This document shows, in pieces, positions 1 to 9,113 of a stretch of 55,201 nucleotides of DNA. Source of the stretch: an uncultured virus (IMG/VR IMGVR_UViG_3300021961_000033). Its lineage: Duplodnaviria > Heunggongvirae > Uroviricota > Caudoviricetes. Position numbers and translations under genes: made by a program. Within the stretch, counting starts at the first letter, position 1. Each line of letters starts with the position of its first letter. The stretch is taken from IMG/VR virus record IMGVR_UViG_3300021961_000033, positions 62,001 to 117,201 of that record; one strand, given 5' to 3'. The notes below the pieces were generated by a model. It did not search any database and was not told the origin of the DNA. It worked only from the letters and a program-made list of their open reading frames with translations.

Positions 1-513
1 TACTGGTTCGTTGCTTGCATAAGCAAGGGTGTTATAGTTAACATTCTGAAGGAAGCAACCATATAGTTCCCAAGTTTCTAGAACGTTGGCTGCACTTGCT
101 CCATTACCACCATCAAGTATTTCGAATCTTGTAATAAATTTGTAGTCAATACCTGCTGCGGCACTGGCTTGTTCCATAACATCAAATTGCTTTTGAATCT
201 GTTCACCAAGTAGTCTTGTTACACTACCATTTACATCATCGCGGAAATTGACTGTGCACATATCCCATACATGTTTGCCTGCTAGGTAAACACGGCTATT
301 GTAAACTGGTATTTCCATTTCTTCAAATGTTACGCTAGGGCGAGTAATATCCATTACCTGCTTTGTTAATTCTGTACGTGGAGTAGACACGCCAAGATTT
401 TCAAACATTGCACGGAAGCGATATTGGAGCTTAGGCATTAACAAGCCTTGTGCATTTGCTGACTGATCACTGTCTAAAGGTACAGTAAATTTTAATAGTG
501 ATGAAACTGACAT
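1..513 (-). CDS. gp19: Tail tube protein (T4 gp19-like), 3' end runs off the window
   Basis: Not in ORF track; translated by hand from ATG at 513: MSVSSLLKFTVPLDSDQSANAQGLLMPKLQYRFRAMF...ETWELYGCFLQNVNYNTLAY. Open to base 1, AAGGAGG SD upstream, directly downstream of the sheath gene. Confidence 0.85.
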   Translation of the reverse strand, partial: MSVSSLLKFTVPLDSDQSANAQGLLMPKLQYRFRAMFENLGVSTPRTELTKQVMDITRPSVTFEEMEIPVYNSRVYLAGKHVWDMCTVNFRDDVNGSVTRLLGEQIQKQFDVMEQASAAAGIDYKFITRFEILDGGNGASAANVLETWELYGCFLQNVNYNTLAYASNEPV

Positions 514-559
514 ATGTCTGCCTCCTTAATATAATAATATTTATCTGAAAGTGGTCATG

Positions 560-590
560 AAAAATGGGGCAAACTTTGAGTCTACCCCAT
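560..590 (-). terminator. Probable intrinsic terminator after the sheath gene
   Basis: Minus strand ATGGGGTAGAC-TCAAA-GTTTGCCCCAT hairpin followed by TTTT. Confidence 0.55.
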
Positions 591-612
591 AATTTCATGC
601 TTTTCTTATGCC

Positions 613-3600
613 TTAAACAGCATTTGCACTGGCTACGTTGCCGCCTTCTATCTCGCCTGTATTCTTAAGTCTAATTGGAATGTAAATAAATTCCGCAGCC
701 TTAACTGGTTCAATAGCAATGTCAACATATAGTTCGTTACGATCAATTCTTGTTGGTGTATTGTTTGTTTCATCACAAACTACCAAGTAATCGTAAATGC
801 CACGCTTTTGTACAAGATCATTCATTAACTGCTCAACTTGTTGTTTGAGTTCATCGCGTGTAATTTTGTCGTTTGGTTCAAACACAAAACCTATAGCAGT
901 TGCCTGTAATTGTCTACGGAGATATGCTACAAGTCTTGCTACATTAATGCGGTCTAGTGCACTTGCTGTAGTTGCTCTAGTCTTGTTGCCGTAGTTTAGG
1001 ATTCCTGTTCCGTTAAAGAAAGTAATTGGGTTAACTTTATTGCTATAAAGTGTATCACGCAAACTTTCTCTAATGTTATCAACTACAAACTCGCCTGTTG
1101 CACTATTAATGTAACCAATACTGCTTACATTGTCTACAAGGCCACGTCTGCTACCAGCTGGTGCTAACCATGGGAAGCTCTGATCATCACTTCTGCTAAT
1201 AGCTCTTAGCATCATGTGACTTGCTGGAACTGTAATAGTATTACCACTTAGGTCATTTGTTTGGCCTGCTGGATAAAATACACCAAGATATGGATCAGCA
1301 GTTACTAAGCCGTCTTCTCCATCTCCGCCTGCATTACCAGCATTACTTGCCCAGTTTTGTATTGCGGTGCCTGTAGCAGCCAATCTCATGCTTGTATCAG
1401 CAACAACAAATGCTGTATTGCGTCTGTCATTGTTTAGGCTTACCATGTTGCTAATGAGCTCTGGATAACCTGGTGCTGCAATAATGTTGAAGTTTCTTGA
1501 GTCTTCTCTAAGCTCTTCACTACCGTCAATAGCTGCTTTCATTGCTGCTGTTACAACTTGGCGAACTGCTTTGCGGCCCATATATGCACTACCGTCGTTG
1601 CGGTTACCGCTTGCTGTTACCCATGCATCCTTTTCTGTTGGAAGTGTTGGGTAAAGTGTTGTATCGCTAAAGTTCGTTCTACTAAAGTAATTTTTGCGGA
1701 ACTGCTTAACATTGTAACTGCTTCTGCGTGTGTTGAAAAGTAGCATACCTCTTGGATATAATGTTGCGTCTGGTGCATCAATATCAACAGTATTGCTTGT
1801 TAGCAAACTCTTTGTTGTTGGAATAGTACCTGTTACAACATCAGTTGATGTGTCGCCCATAAAGCGAGCGTCAGCAAATAGTATACCATTTTCTGTTGTT
1901 TGATCTGTATTATCTATTAATACCCAACGATTTTCACCGCTTACTGTTTGGTAACGATAAAGTTTTGGATAGTTTTCTAAATCACTAGTGTCAAGCCACA
2001 AATCACCAACTACTAGAGCAGTTTCATCGCTCTGTGTAGTAGGTTCAGATGCGCTAAAAATTACACCATCTGGACTTGTATTAGCTAGATTAAAGCCACG
2101 TGCATCATTGGTTACGTTTTGATAACCTTTCCAGTTACTACCGTCACTGATAAGGATGTCAGCCTCTGTGCCACCATGGTACCAGTATCTGTTGTCTGCT
2201 GGATCACTGCTTGGCTGAGTTGAGTTTGCAGTGTGTGTTGGAGCAACCCAGTTACTTAGGATAATGTTACTACTATTGCCTGCTCTTACTTGGCCTGTTG
2301 TGATGCCGGTTACAATGCCTGCATCTACTAATGGGGTACCACTTGTGTCTTTAAGAACAATTACACCACCAAGGGCATGTTTAATTTTTAAGTAACCATC
2401 ACTTGTAACTTCCGCACTAACATTAGCAACATTTGCGCCGTTAATGTCACTTGCCATATCTGCTAATGCAGTACCGCTAAGTGTAACTGTTACTGCGCTA
2501 GTTAATGCTGTACTGTTGGCTGCACTTGCCTGAATTGTAAATGATTCACTTGATGTTAATGGGTTTGCTGTATTAATATTACCAGTAACCTCTAGTTGAC
2601 CAGTTGCATATCTACGGAAAAGTTTATATGTTACTGTGTCATTTTCAGTAACATCGTACTGAACATAAAATGCACCAACTGCAATAGCCTTGCCGCCTGT
2701 AGAATCTAAGTTTTTATTAGCTGTACGATCGTTTTCATAAAGTGAAACACTTTGAGATACAAATGCTGATGTTGTAGTACTATAAACACTTACATCAAAA
2801 GATGCGCCTGTATTTGTTGCTGTTGTCTTAACCCAAACACTACCATTTGGACGTGGTACACTATCTGTAGTCTTCCATTCAGGAACACTATAATGTTGAC
2901 TTTGTTGAACAAGTGGACATGCATATGTACCAGCAGTCATACCAGTATCAGTTAGGATAGTACCAGAACCATTAGCAAGAAGTATCTTACCATCTGTTGT
3001 GGAACCATCACTTGCTGCACTGCTTGTAGCATAAATTTCTATCTTGTTGCTTTGTACACCAGCTGTAACACCTGTAATTGCCTGTGTATTTATATCTGCT
3101 GCTAATTGTGTAACTGTTGTGCCTGTAAGAGTAACTGTTGTGCCGTTAATACTAATGCTGTTACCATTTGTTAATGTTGGGCTAGCCGCTGTACCTGCAA
3201 TAGTTGCATGTGAATTTTGCCAACTTGCACTACCAATTAAAACCCATGAATTACTACGGTTTTTGTAGTAGCCTGGATTGCTTGCATTAGTTGCGACAAT
3301 AGCATAATCTCCGACAGCACCAATACTTGTCTTTGGAACGCCGCCTGTCAAATCACTTGTGCTTGTGATTACTGTAGGAACTTTATTAGTAAATGTTCCT
3401 GCTGTTTTGCTCCATTCAAAAATACCCCAGCGTGTGTCAGCGCCAGTGTCTAACCAAATTGTATTGCTGCTTGGAGTTCCTAGTGGTCTACTTGTTGAAT
3501 TTGAAAGTTGAGCTAGGTCAATGTTTGCTCTTGTTACATAAGCTCTATTGCTTACACCAAGTAAACTATATGCAGCCATAAGGCCGTACTCGTTAATTTC

Positions 3601-3861
3601 ATAACCATGAATTGGTGTGCCTGCTGCGCTTTTGTAAAATAATGGATTACCGAATGTAGTAACCAAATCTCTTTGACTACTAATTAAGTATGTTTTGCCT
3701 GCGTTAGCGGCTGTTGTTCCAGCGGCAGTACCACTACCACTGCCTGCTGTTTTGTCCTGTGCTGTAGCTACTATAATTGCGGCAACTGTGCCGGCCTCGT
3801 TAGCAACATAGTTGCTTTCGTCAATTACTGTAACCTCTACGCCTGGAGATACTAATGCCAT
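613..3861 (-). CDS. gp18: Tail sheath protein (gp18-like) with large central insertion, 1082 aa
   Basis: N-term LVSPGVEVTVIDES; C-term PWLAPAGSRRG, NKVNPI, DRINVARL, FVFEPND, VVCDETNNTP..IDRNEL.VDIAIEPVKAAEFIYIP sheath motifs. Confidence 0.95.
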   Translation of the reverse strand: MALVSPGVEVTVIDESNYVANEAGTVAAIIVATAQDKTAGSGSGTAAGTTAANAGKTYLISSQRDLVTTFGNPLFYKSAAGTPIHGYEINEYGLMAAYSLLGVSNRAYVTRANIDLAQLSNSTSRPLGTPSSNTIWLDTGADTRWGIFEWSKTAGTFTNKVPTVITSTSDLTGGVPKTSIGAVGDYAIVATNASNPGYYKNRSNSWVLIGSASWQNSHATIAGTAASPTLTNGNSISINGTTVTLTGTTVTQLAADINTQAITGVTAGVQSNKIEIYATSSAASDGSTTDGKILLANGSGTILTDTGMTAGTYACPLVQQSQHYSVPEWKTTDSVPRPNGSVWVKTTATNTGASFDVSVYSTTTSAFVSQSVSLYENDRTANKNLDSTGGKAIAVGAFYVQYDVTENDTVTYKLFRRYATGQLEVTGNINTANPLTSSESFTIQASAANSTALTSAVTVTLSGTALADMASDINGANVANVSAEVTSDGYLKIKHALGGVIVLKDTSGTPLVDAGIVTGITTGQVRAGNSSNIILSNWVAPTHTANSTQPSSDPADNRYWYHGGTEADILISDGSNWKGYQNVTNDARGFNLANTSPDGVIFSASEPTTQSDETALVVGDLWLDTSDLENYPKLYRYQTVSGENRWVLIDNTDQTTENGILFADARFMGDTSTDVVTGTIPTTKSLLTSNTVDIDAPDATLYPRGMLLFNTRRSSYNVKQFRKNYFSRTNFSDTTLYPTLPTEKDAWVTASGNRNDGSAYMGRKAVRQVVTAAMKAAIDGSEELREDSRNFNIIAAPGYPELISNMVSLNNDRRNTAFVVADTSMRLAATGTAIQNWASNAGNAGGDGEDGLVTADPYLGVFYPAGQTNDLSGNTITVPASHMMLRAISRSDDQSFPWLAPAGSRRGLVDNVSSIGYINSATGEFVVDNIRESLRDTLYSNKVNPITFFNGTGILNYGNKTRATTASALDRINVARLVAYLRRQLQATAIGFVFEPNDKITRDELKQQVEQLMNDLVQKRGIYDYLVVCDETNNTPTRIDRNELYVDIAIEPVKAAEFIYIPIRLKNTGEIEGGNVASANAV

Positions 3862-3962
3862 GTTTTATTCCTTTGCAAAGAATTTCTTTATAGTATTTAT
3901 TATAATGCAGTAGAAACACTGGTATTAGGACATCCCTTTAAAGGTTCATTAATAAATAGCAT

Positions 3963-4304
3963 ATGAGGCCTGTATGTAATAACTGCAAAATCAATCCTAG
4001 AGCAGTAAATTATCACCTAAAGGGAAAAGTTTACTATAGGAAATTATGTGAAAGTTGTCACAAAATTGCAGCAAAGAAAAAATTACATACACAGTCTAGA
4101 TGGCAACTAGCAGGTTATAAAAAGAAGACTACTTGTGAGAAGTGTGGGTTTAAGCCTATAATGTCGGAGCAACTAACTGTTTACAGCATAGACAGAAATC
4201 AACAGCACATAAATGTAAAAAATTTACGCACTGTTTGTCTTAATTGTAATTATGAACTATCTAGGACTGGTTGGACGCAAGGAGATCTTGAAGAAGATCT
4301 GTAA
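3963..4304 (+). CDS. Cys-rich Zn-binding protein with degenerate HNH-like motif
   Basis: Four CxxC pairs; IDRNQQHINVKNLRTVCLNC resembles HNH D..N....NL..LC.NC; ATAAATA late-promoter motif just upstream. Confidence 0.6.
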   Translation: MRPVCNNCKINPRAVNYHLKGKVYYRKLCESCHKIAAKKKLHTQSRWQLAGYKKKTTCEKCGFKPIMSEQLTVYSIDRNQQHINVKNLRTVCLNCNYELSRTGWTQGDLEEDL

Positions 4305-4881
4305 CTGTTTCTTGTAAGTCTTCTAGTGTACTATCATTAGTAATAAGATAGTTGGGTGTAATACTGCACCAACTATACTCACTGGCATGTACTTCTGGAT
4401 AAACTTGGGGCATACTAGCAGGATCACGCTCTGCTAACCTAAACCATTCTGGGTCAACGCCTCGTTTCACTCGTACAACTACACCGCCCTGTCTACGAAT
4501 CATGTTTATTTCATTAGGAAACCGTGCATCTGTGATTACAACATCATGCTTTGCATCACGTAACCTGGCTTCCATACTGAGTATCCAGGTGTCCTGATGG
4601 AAATGATTGCGAAATACTTCTGTGCCCAAAAGTTGTAGTGCTAAACGAGGACTAAAATCTGGAATATTTAATCGTTCAGACCACCATGGATCTACAACTT
4701 CACGCCACACTCTACTTTCTGAAGTTGCTCCTTCTAGTAGTTCTCTATCCCAATTAAAAATACTTGCGGCTGCATCTTTTAGCGGCGATGCAAAACTAGC
4801 CTGCACAAATCCACGCTCTATAAGCATATCGCCTACAGTGCCTTTTCCTGAACTAATAAGTCCTACAAGTCCTATAATCAT
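4261..4881 (-). CDS. Deoxynucleoside monophosphate kinase (T4 gp1-like)
   Basis: IIGLVGLISSGKGTV P-loop, SFASPLKD, PRLALQLLGTEVFR, VVITDARFPNE, HASE motifs. Confidence 0.9.
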   Translation of the reverse strand: MIIGLVGLISSGKGTVGDMLIERGFVQASFASPLKDAAASIFNWDRELLEGATSESRVWREVVDPWWSERLNIPDFSPRLALQLLGTEVFRNHFHQDTWILSMEARLRDAKHDVVITDARFPNEINMIRRQGGVVVRVKRGVDPEWFRLAERDPASMPQVYPEVHASEYSWCSITPNYLITNDSTLEDLQETVTDLLQDLLASNQS

Positions 4882-4887
4882 GTCTAT

Positions 4888-4916
4888 ATTATAACAAGTT
4901 TGTGTGTATTAGCCAA
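4888..4916 (-). promoter_or_regulatory. Sigma70-like promoter for dNMP kinase, probably leaderless
   Basis: TTGGCT-17nt-TATAAT with ATG only 6 nt downstream of the -10 box. Confidence 0.5.
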
Positions 4917-5667
4917 TAATAAATGATAGTGGATCTGAACCGTCTACGAAGTTCTTTAGTTCTTCTTCTAACACCTGCATTTCGCCCTGGGCTTCTGCTT
5001 TAAGTGTGTCACCATTTAGGCTTGTACCACCTTGTGGACCAGCAATAGTGCTAAACTTACTACGAGCTTCACCTAGTGTATACTTGGCCATTGCAAGGCT
5101 ATAATCTTTAATCCAGGGCTTTACATAACTGTCTTGCAGTAGTCTCTGTTCTGGTCTTGTATTATAAACCCAAAGCACGACTTGCTCGCCACTTGCATTG
5201 AATTTACGCAAAAGTGTAAGAGTTTTTGTTACGTGGTTCCAGTCAAAATTAACAAACCCACCAAACAATCTTGCACTAAGTTCCTGGTACTGGTAGTACA
5301 TTTCGTAGGTTGCTTGGCCGCCAACACGTCCTGCTTGTAACAGATAGGTGTTAACGAAGGCTGCTTCAAAAGGTTCAAACTGTGTACCAGTATCGCTTGT
5401 TCCACTGCCTACACTACGGCGGAAAACTTGTCTAACCTCTTGTATTTCATCTGGTAGTACATACTCTTGCTGATCTTCTACTAGACCTAAAAATACATAA
5501 CTACTTTCAGTACTCGCCATTGCTCTTTGACGATAACGCTCAACTGCCTTGTTTATGCACATATTATAGTGTGCAGGATCCAGTTCTACATCAACCATAT
5601 CGCCACCTAAGCGTAGGTAAATGTAGTCTTGAATGTCTTTGCGTAGAGTAGTTAAGTCTGTTGCCAT
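4909..5667 (-). CDS. gp13: Neck protein (gp13-like head completion)
   Basis: YIYLRLGGDMVDVELD, WIKDYSLAMAKYTLGEARSKF..IAGPQGG.SLNG..L..EA motifs. Confidence 0.85.
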   Translation of the reverse strand: MATDLTTLRKDIQDYIYLRLGGDMVDVELDPAHYNMCINKAVERYRQRAMASTESSYVFLGLVEDQQEYVLPDEIQEVRQVFRRSVGSGTSDTGTQFEPFEAAFVNTYLLQAGRVGGQATYEMYYQYQELSARLFGGFVNFDWNHVTKTLTLLRKFNASGEQVVLWVYNTRPEQRLLQDSYVKPWIKDYSLAMAKYTLGEARSKFSTIAGPQGGTSLNGDTLKAEAQGEMQVLEEELKNFVDGSDPLSFIIG

Positions 5668-5691
5668 ACGAGTTTCCTTATCATGTATTTA

Positions 5692-6834
5692 TTAGGAAAC
5701 CTTTAGCAGTACTGTATGTTCGTTAAACCTACCATTCATTTTAGTTTCAGTAGCCTTGATATTTTCTAAGAACTTTCTTAATGCTACTTTACCGCTACCC
5801 ATAAACTCTTTGAGTTGTTCTTCAGGTTTGCGTAGTGTCTTTTGTACACTCTCCTCTTCATTAAAGCCGACGAGTGTAGTCCCTTTAACACTAAACCCGC
5901 TGCCTTCTCTAGCAAGACCAGTAGGGTCAATGTTTTGTGCTACATACTTGCCTAACTTACGAGTTTTTACATTAAAAATCCAAAGCTCACTTGCACCTAT
6001 AATTTGTATGGGATCCAGGCTAACGATCTTATATCGTGCATCGTCCTTTTTAAGTTTAAGTTTTGCTACTTGTTTGTCTGCACTCTTGAGCCTTGGCTTA
6101 CGAGTGGCTCTTGAAACCCTTTTAAGATTAGCATAAGCGTCTAAGTCACTAAACAGACTTTCATAAAACTTTATTATCTGTTTAATTTCTGCTTTGCTAT
6201 AGTGTGAGTATCCTTCTTTAAGATCCTCTGGACAGTCTTTTTCCGTTAAGGCCTGATACTCTGCTGCTACGGGCTCATAAAAACTGCGAATTTTGTTTAT
6301 GTGTGCTTGAGCAACATTATTGCTCTTTAGGTAATCAAATAGTTTAGGAACGGTACTCGAGGGTTGTTCGTCCACCCAGGATTCTATTTCAGCAATAATA
6401 TTTTCTAATTGTTCTGCCATGCGTTCCTGAATACTTGGCTTGTAAACTTGAGCCTTAACCTTTTCTACTTTTACTTTTTCTACAACAACATTCTTACCTG
6501 ATTCAACCAGATTAGCAAACCTAGTATTGATCCAATCCACTGTTTCTTCTGGCACTGGATCAACATTTTCAAGTTGAGAGTAATAACAATAAGAAGCAAT
6601 ATTACTGCTTACAAATTTGTAATCAGGATTGCTAAGAATAGATTGTGCTGTTTTCTTATCAAACTTTTTTCTAATATAAGTTTTTATAATTGGAGCATAT
6701 TCTTTGTTATCAACATATATGTGAGCAATTTGTTGAAACTTACGGAAACCTCGTGCTGTATCAATGGCAGCAAACCCACTTTTAACCCTCCTAGGAGCAG
6801 TGGTCTTTTTACGCTTCTTTGTTGCTAGCGCCAT
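5692..6834 (-). CDS. Hypothetical protein, basic, 380 aa, last gene of early island
   Basis: Long ORF, GGAGG SD, Lys-rich ends; no function recognised. Confidence 0.75.
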   Translation of the reverse strand: MALATKKRKKTTAPRRVKSGFAAIDTARGFRKFQQIAHIYVDNKEYAPIIKTYIRKKFDKKTAQSILSNPDYKFVSSNIASYCYYSQLENVDPVPEETVDWINTRFANLVESGKNVVVEKVKVEKVKAQVYKPSIQERMAEQLENIIAEIESWVDEQPSSTVPKLFDYLKSNNVAQAHINKIRSFYEPVAAEYQALTEKDCPEDLKEGYSHYSKAEIKQIIKFYESLFSDLDAYANLKRVSRATRKPRLKSADKQVAKLKLKKDDARYKIVSLDPIQIIGASELWIFNVKTRKLGKYVAQNIDPTGLAREGSGFSVKGTTLVGFNEEESVQKTLRKPEEQLKEFMGSGKVALRKFLENIKATETKMNGRFNEHTVLLKVS

Positions 6835-6982
6835 AGTATTCCTCCATGCCTTTAACTAGGCTAATTACATCAGCAGTGTCTAAGTTATCTATAGACTCAT
6901 TTGCAACAGTCTCAACCCATTCACGCTGGAATTGTGACAAGGATAACAATTTTCCTGGCTGGGTGTCAAATACATTTGACAT
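6809..6982 (-). CDS. Small hypothetical protein, 57 aa (MSNVFDTQPGKLLSLSQFQREWVE...)
   Basis: Hand-translated; AGGAGG SD upstream; fills the gap between 6994 and 6834 and overlaps the next start. Confidence 0.65.
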   Translation of the reverse strand: MSNVFDTQPGKLLSLSQFQREWVETVANESIDNLDTADVISLVKGMEEYYGASNKEA

Positions 6983-6993
6983 TATTTACCCTC

Positions 6994-7224
6994 CTATACA
7001 GCAAATTCTAATTGAACTGCTGTATCAACTGGGAACTCTGCTTCAATTATGTCTGCGATGTCATTGAAAGCTTCATAGAAATCTGTAGTGCTTCTAAAGA
7101 AATCAATGAGGTCCGTGTAGCAATCAGCATCTACGAAGTTCCAGTTAATGCTACCATCAGCATTGCGGTTTTCTTCGAGCTCGATGGCGTTACGCATTTT
7201 GCTTTCTAATATGGAGTAAATCAT
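6994..7224 (-). CDS. Small acidic hypothetical early protein
   Basis: ORF with AAGGA SD, downstream of a sigma70-like promoter. Confidence 0.7.
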   Translation of the reverse strand: MIYSILESKMRNAIELEENRNADGSINWNFVDADCYTDLIDFFRSTTDFYEAFNDIADIIEAEFPVDTAVQLEFAV

Positions 7225-7240
7225 CGCTTGGTCCTTGTTG

Positions 7241-7284
7241 TTTAACTATACATAAGATAACACAAATATACAGATTGTCAACCG
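7241..7284 (-). promoter_or_regulatory. Early promoter copy 1
   Basis: GGTTGACA-16nt-TATCTT preceded by TGTGT, followed by TATAGTTAAA; same architecture as 7845-7887. Confidence 0.7.
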
Positions 7285-7285
7285 A

Positions 7286-7450
7286 TTATGCAAAGAACCA
7301 AATTAATAATGCAACAGCGCATACATATGGGGCATATTTCCAACCCAATCTAAATGCACCACCTATAACTGCTAAAACAACACCTATGCTAACACCAATA
7401 ACAGCCAGTATTTGTATAGCATCCCAGGCTAAACTAAAATCACCGCCCAT
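7286..7450 (-). CDS. Small membrane protein, 54 aa, two hydrophobic segments
   Basis: Hand-translated MGGDFSLAWDAIQILAVIGVSIGVVLAVIGGAFRLGWKYAPYVCAVALLIWFFA; start overlaps end of upstream ORF. Confidence 0.6.
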   Translation of the reverse strand: MGGDFSLAWDAIQILAVIGVSIGVVLAVIGGAFRLGWKYAPYVCAVALLIWFFA

Positions 7451-7631
7451 CTTCAAACCTCGCTTCTACACTCTTAATGTGTTTGCATTTGGTCCGTGCA
7501 ACACAGTTGCAATGAAATCCACCATCAAACATTATGACAGTGTAGACATCACCCTTGCTGCCTATTACAGGCCATTGCACACCCACAAATGGGTGTCCTT
7601 TTGTATTCACTATTTCGCTAGAATGAGCCAT
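7440..7631 (-). CDS. Small SWIM-type Zn-finger protein
   Basis: GSKGDVYTV...FHCNC.....CKHI matches the CxC-xn-CxH SWIM pattern. Confidence 0.7.
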   Translation of the reverse strand: MAHSSEIVNTKGHPFVGVQWPVIGSKGDVYTVIMFDGGFHCNCVARTKCKHIKSVEARFEDGR

Positions 7632-7828
7632 TACGCAGACTTTGCTTTGAGCATTGTTTCCATGTAACCTTTGGTAAAGTTGGGGAAGTCACCAACAATA
7701 GTGCCTGGAATCTTATGGAAGAAGTGCTCTGGGTTAGCAACATAATCGTTGAGCAATTCCAAGTCTACACCATATTTTGCAATTTCTGTTGTAGCAGCAA
7801 TTACACCATCTTCGTATGTCATTGTCAT
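7631..7828 (-). CDS. Small hypothetical early protein
   Basis: First ORF after early promoter; stop/start coupled to next gene. Confidence 0.65.
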   Translation of the reverse strand: MTMTYEDGVIAATTEIAKYGVDLELLNDYVANPEHFFHKIPGTIVGDFPNFTKGYMETMLKAKSA

Positions 7829-7844
7829 TGCTCTCTCTGTTTTC

Positions 7845-7887
7845 TTTAACTATATCTATAATAACACAGATACCCAGACAGTCAACC
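7845..7887 (-). promoter_or_regulatory. Early promoter copy 2
   Basis: GGTTGACT-16nt-TATTAT preceded by TGTGT, followed by TATAGTTAAA. Confidence 0.7.
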
Positions 7888-7925
7888 AGAAAAACAACTA
7901 AATACTATAACTGTAGGAGTTTTCT

Positions 7926-9113
7926 ATGCCTCGTATAAGCATGTGGAAAGAGGGTGCACACACCTCAGATTTCAAATTCTTTGATCGCAACATTAGAGAG
8001 ATGTTTACTGTAGGCGGCACAGGAATTCATGTACACAAATATCTTGGTATTTTAGATCAAGGTAACACAAAAGATGCCACACAACCCAGTGTGACTGAAA
8101 ACGATCCGCTTGCTATACAGGATTTGTTGTTTTTAGAAAACAGAGATCGCAAATATGAGCAAGACATTTATAGCCTAAGAGGCATATACAATGTAGCAGA
8201 TACAGACTTTGATTTGAGTCAGTTTGGTTTGTTTTTGCAGAATGACACACTGTTTATAACATTCCATCTGCAGGATATGGATCGTATTCTAGGACGCAGG
8301 CTAATGGCAGGTGATGTGTTGGAATTACCACACCTCAAGGACTATAATAGTCTAGATACTAGTTTAGAAGTAGCACTAAAAAGGTATTATGTTGTTCAGG
8401 AAGGTACAAGACCTACAGAAGGATATTCACCAACTTGGTGGCCACATCTCTGGCGTGTAAAATGTGGTCCCCTAGTAGACAGTCAAGAATACAATGACAT
8501 ACTAAACAAAATACAGATTGATGAGAACACAGGCGAAAGTACAGACAAAACACTTCGTGACTTATTAAGCACTTATCAGAAAGAGCTTGAAATTACAAAT
8601 AAGGTTGTTGAACAGGCAGAAGCGGAAGTTCCCAAAAGCGGTTACGATACTAGTAGATACTATGTTGTACCCACTGACGAAACTGGAAAACCACTTGAAC
8701 CTAAAGGATATACAGCAGATGTTACTGGCATTACTACTGACAGCAATCTTGTATCATCCGATAGCACTAGAATTAGTCCAAAAAATGCAAATGCATATAG
8801 TGGATATTTGGTTGGTGATGGCATTGCTCCTAATGGTGAGAGTGTAACAATGGGTACCAGTTTCCCAAGTACCGCAGTAGAAGGAGATTATGTATTGAGA
8901 TTGGACTTCTTGCCTAATAGACTTTTTAGATTTGATGGTAGACGCTGGGTAAAAGTAGAAGATAGTGTAAGAACACAATTAACTCCAGGCACTGGGCAGC
9001 GTCAGATAGATACATTTATCAATAATACAGCAACAACAACTAGAGACGACAATGTTGTTATACCACAACGAGTTGGATTAAGTGAGATACTTAGTGCTAG
9101 GGAAGACGACTAA
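7926..9113 (+). CDS. Neck/head-closure protein (gp14-like) with C-terminal extension
   Basis: DLLFLENRDRKY, DFDLSQFGLFL, GDVLELPHL motifs; sits between gp13-like and gp15-like genes; AGGAG SD. Confidence 0.7.
   Translation: MPRISMWKEGAHTSDFKFFDRNIREMFTVGGTGIHVHKYLGILDQGNTKDATQPSVTENDPLAIQDLLFLENRDRKYEQDIYSLRGIYNVADTDFDLSQFGLFLQNDTLFITFHLQDMDRILGRRLMAGDVLELPHLKDYNSLDTSLEVALKRYYVVQEGTRPTEGYSPTWWPHLWRVKCGPLVDSQEYNDILNKIQIDENTGESTDKTLRDLLSTYQKELEITNKVVEQAEAEVPKSGYDTSRYYVVPTDETGKPLEPKGYTADVTGITTDSNLVSSDSTRISPKNANAYSGYLVGDGIAPNGESVTMGTSFPSTAVEGDYVLRLDFLPNRLFRFDGRRWVKVEDSVRTQLTPGTGQRQIDTFINNTATTTRDDNVVIPQRVGLSEILSAREDD

Noticed and set aside
7275..7667. 130 aa plus-strand ORF in the early island
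   Set aside because: Overlaps better supported minus-strand genes that follow a clear promoter
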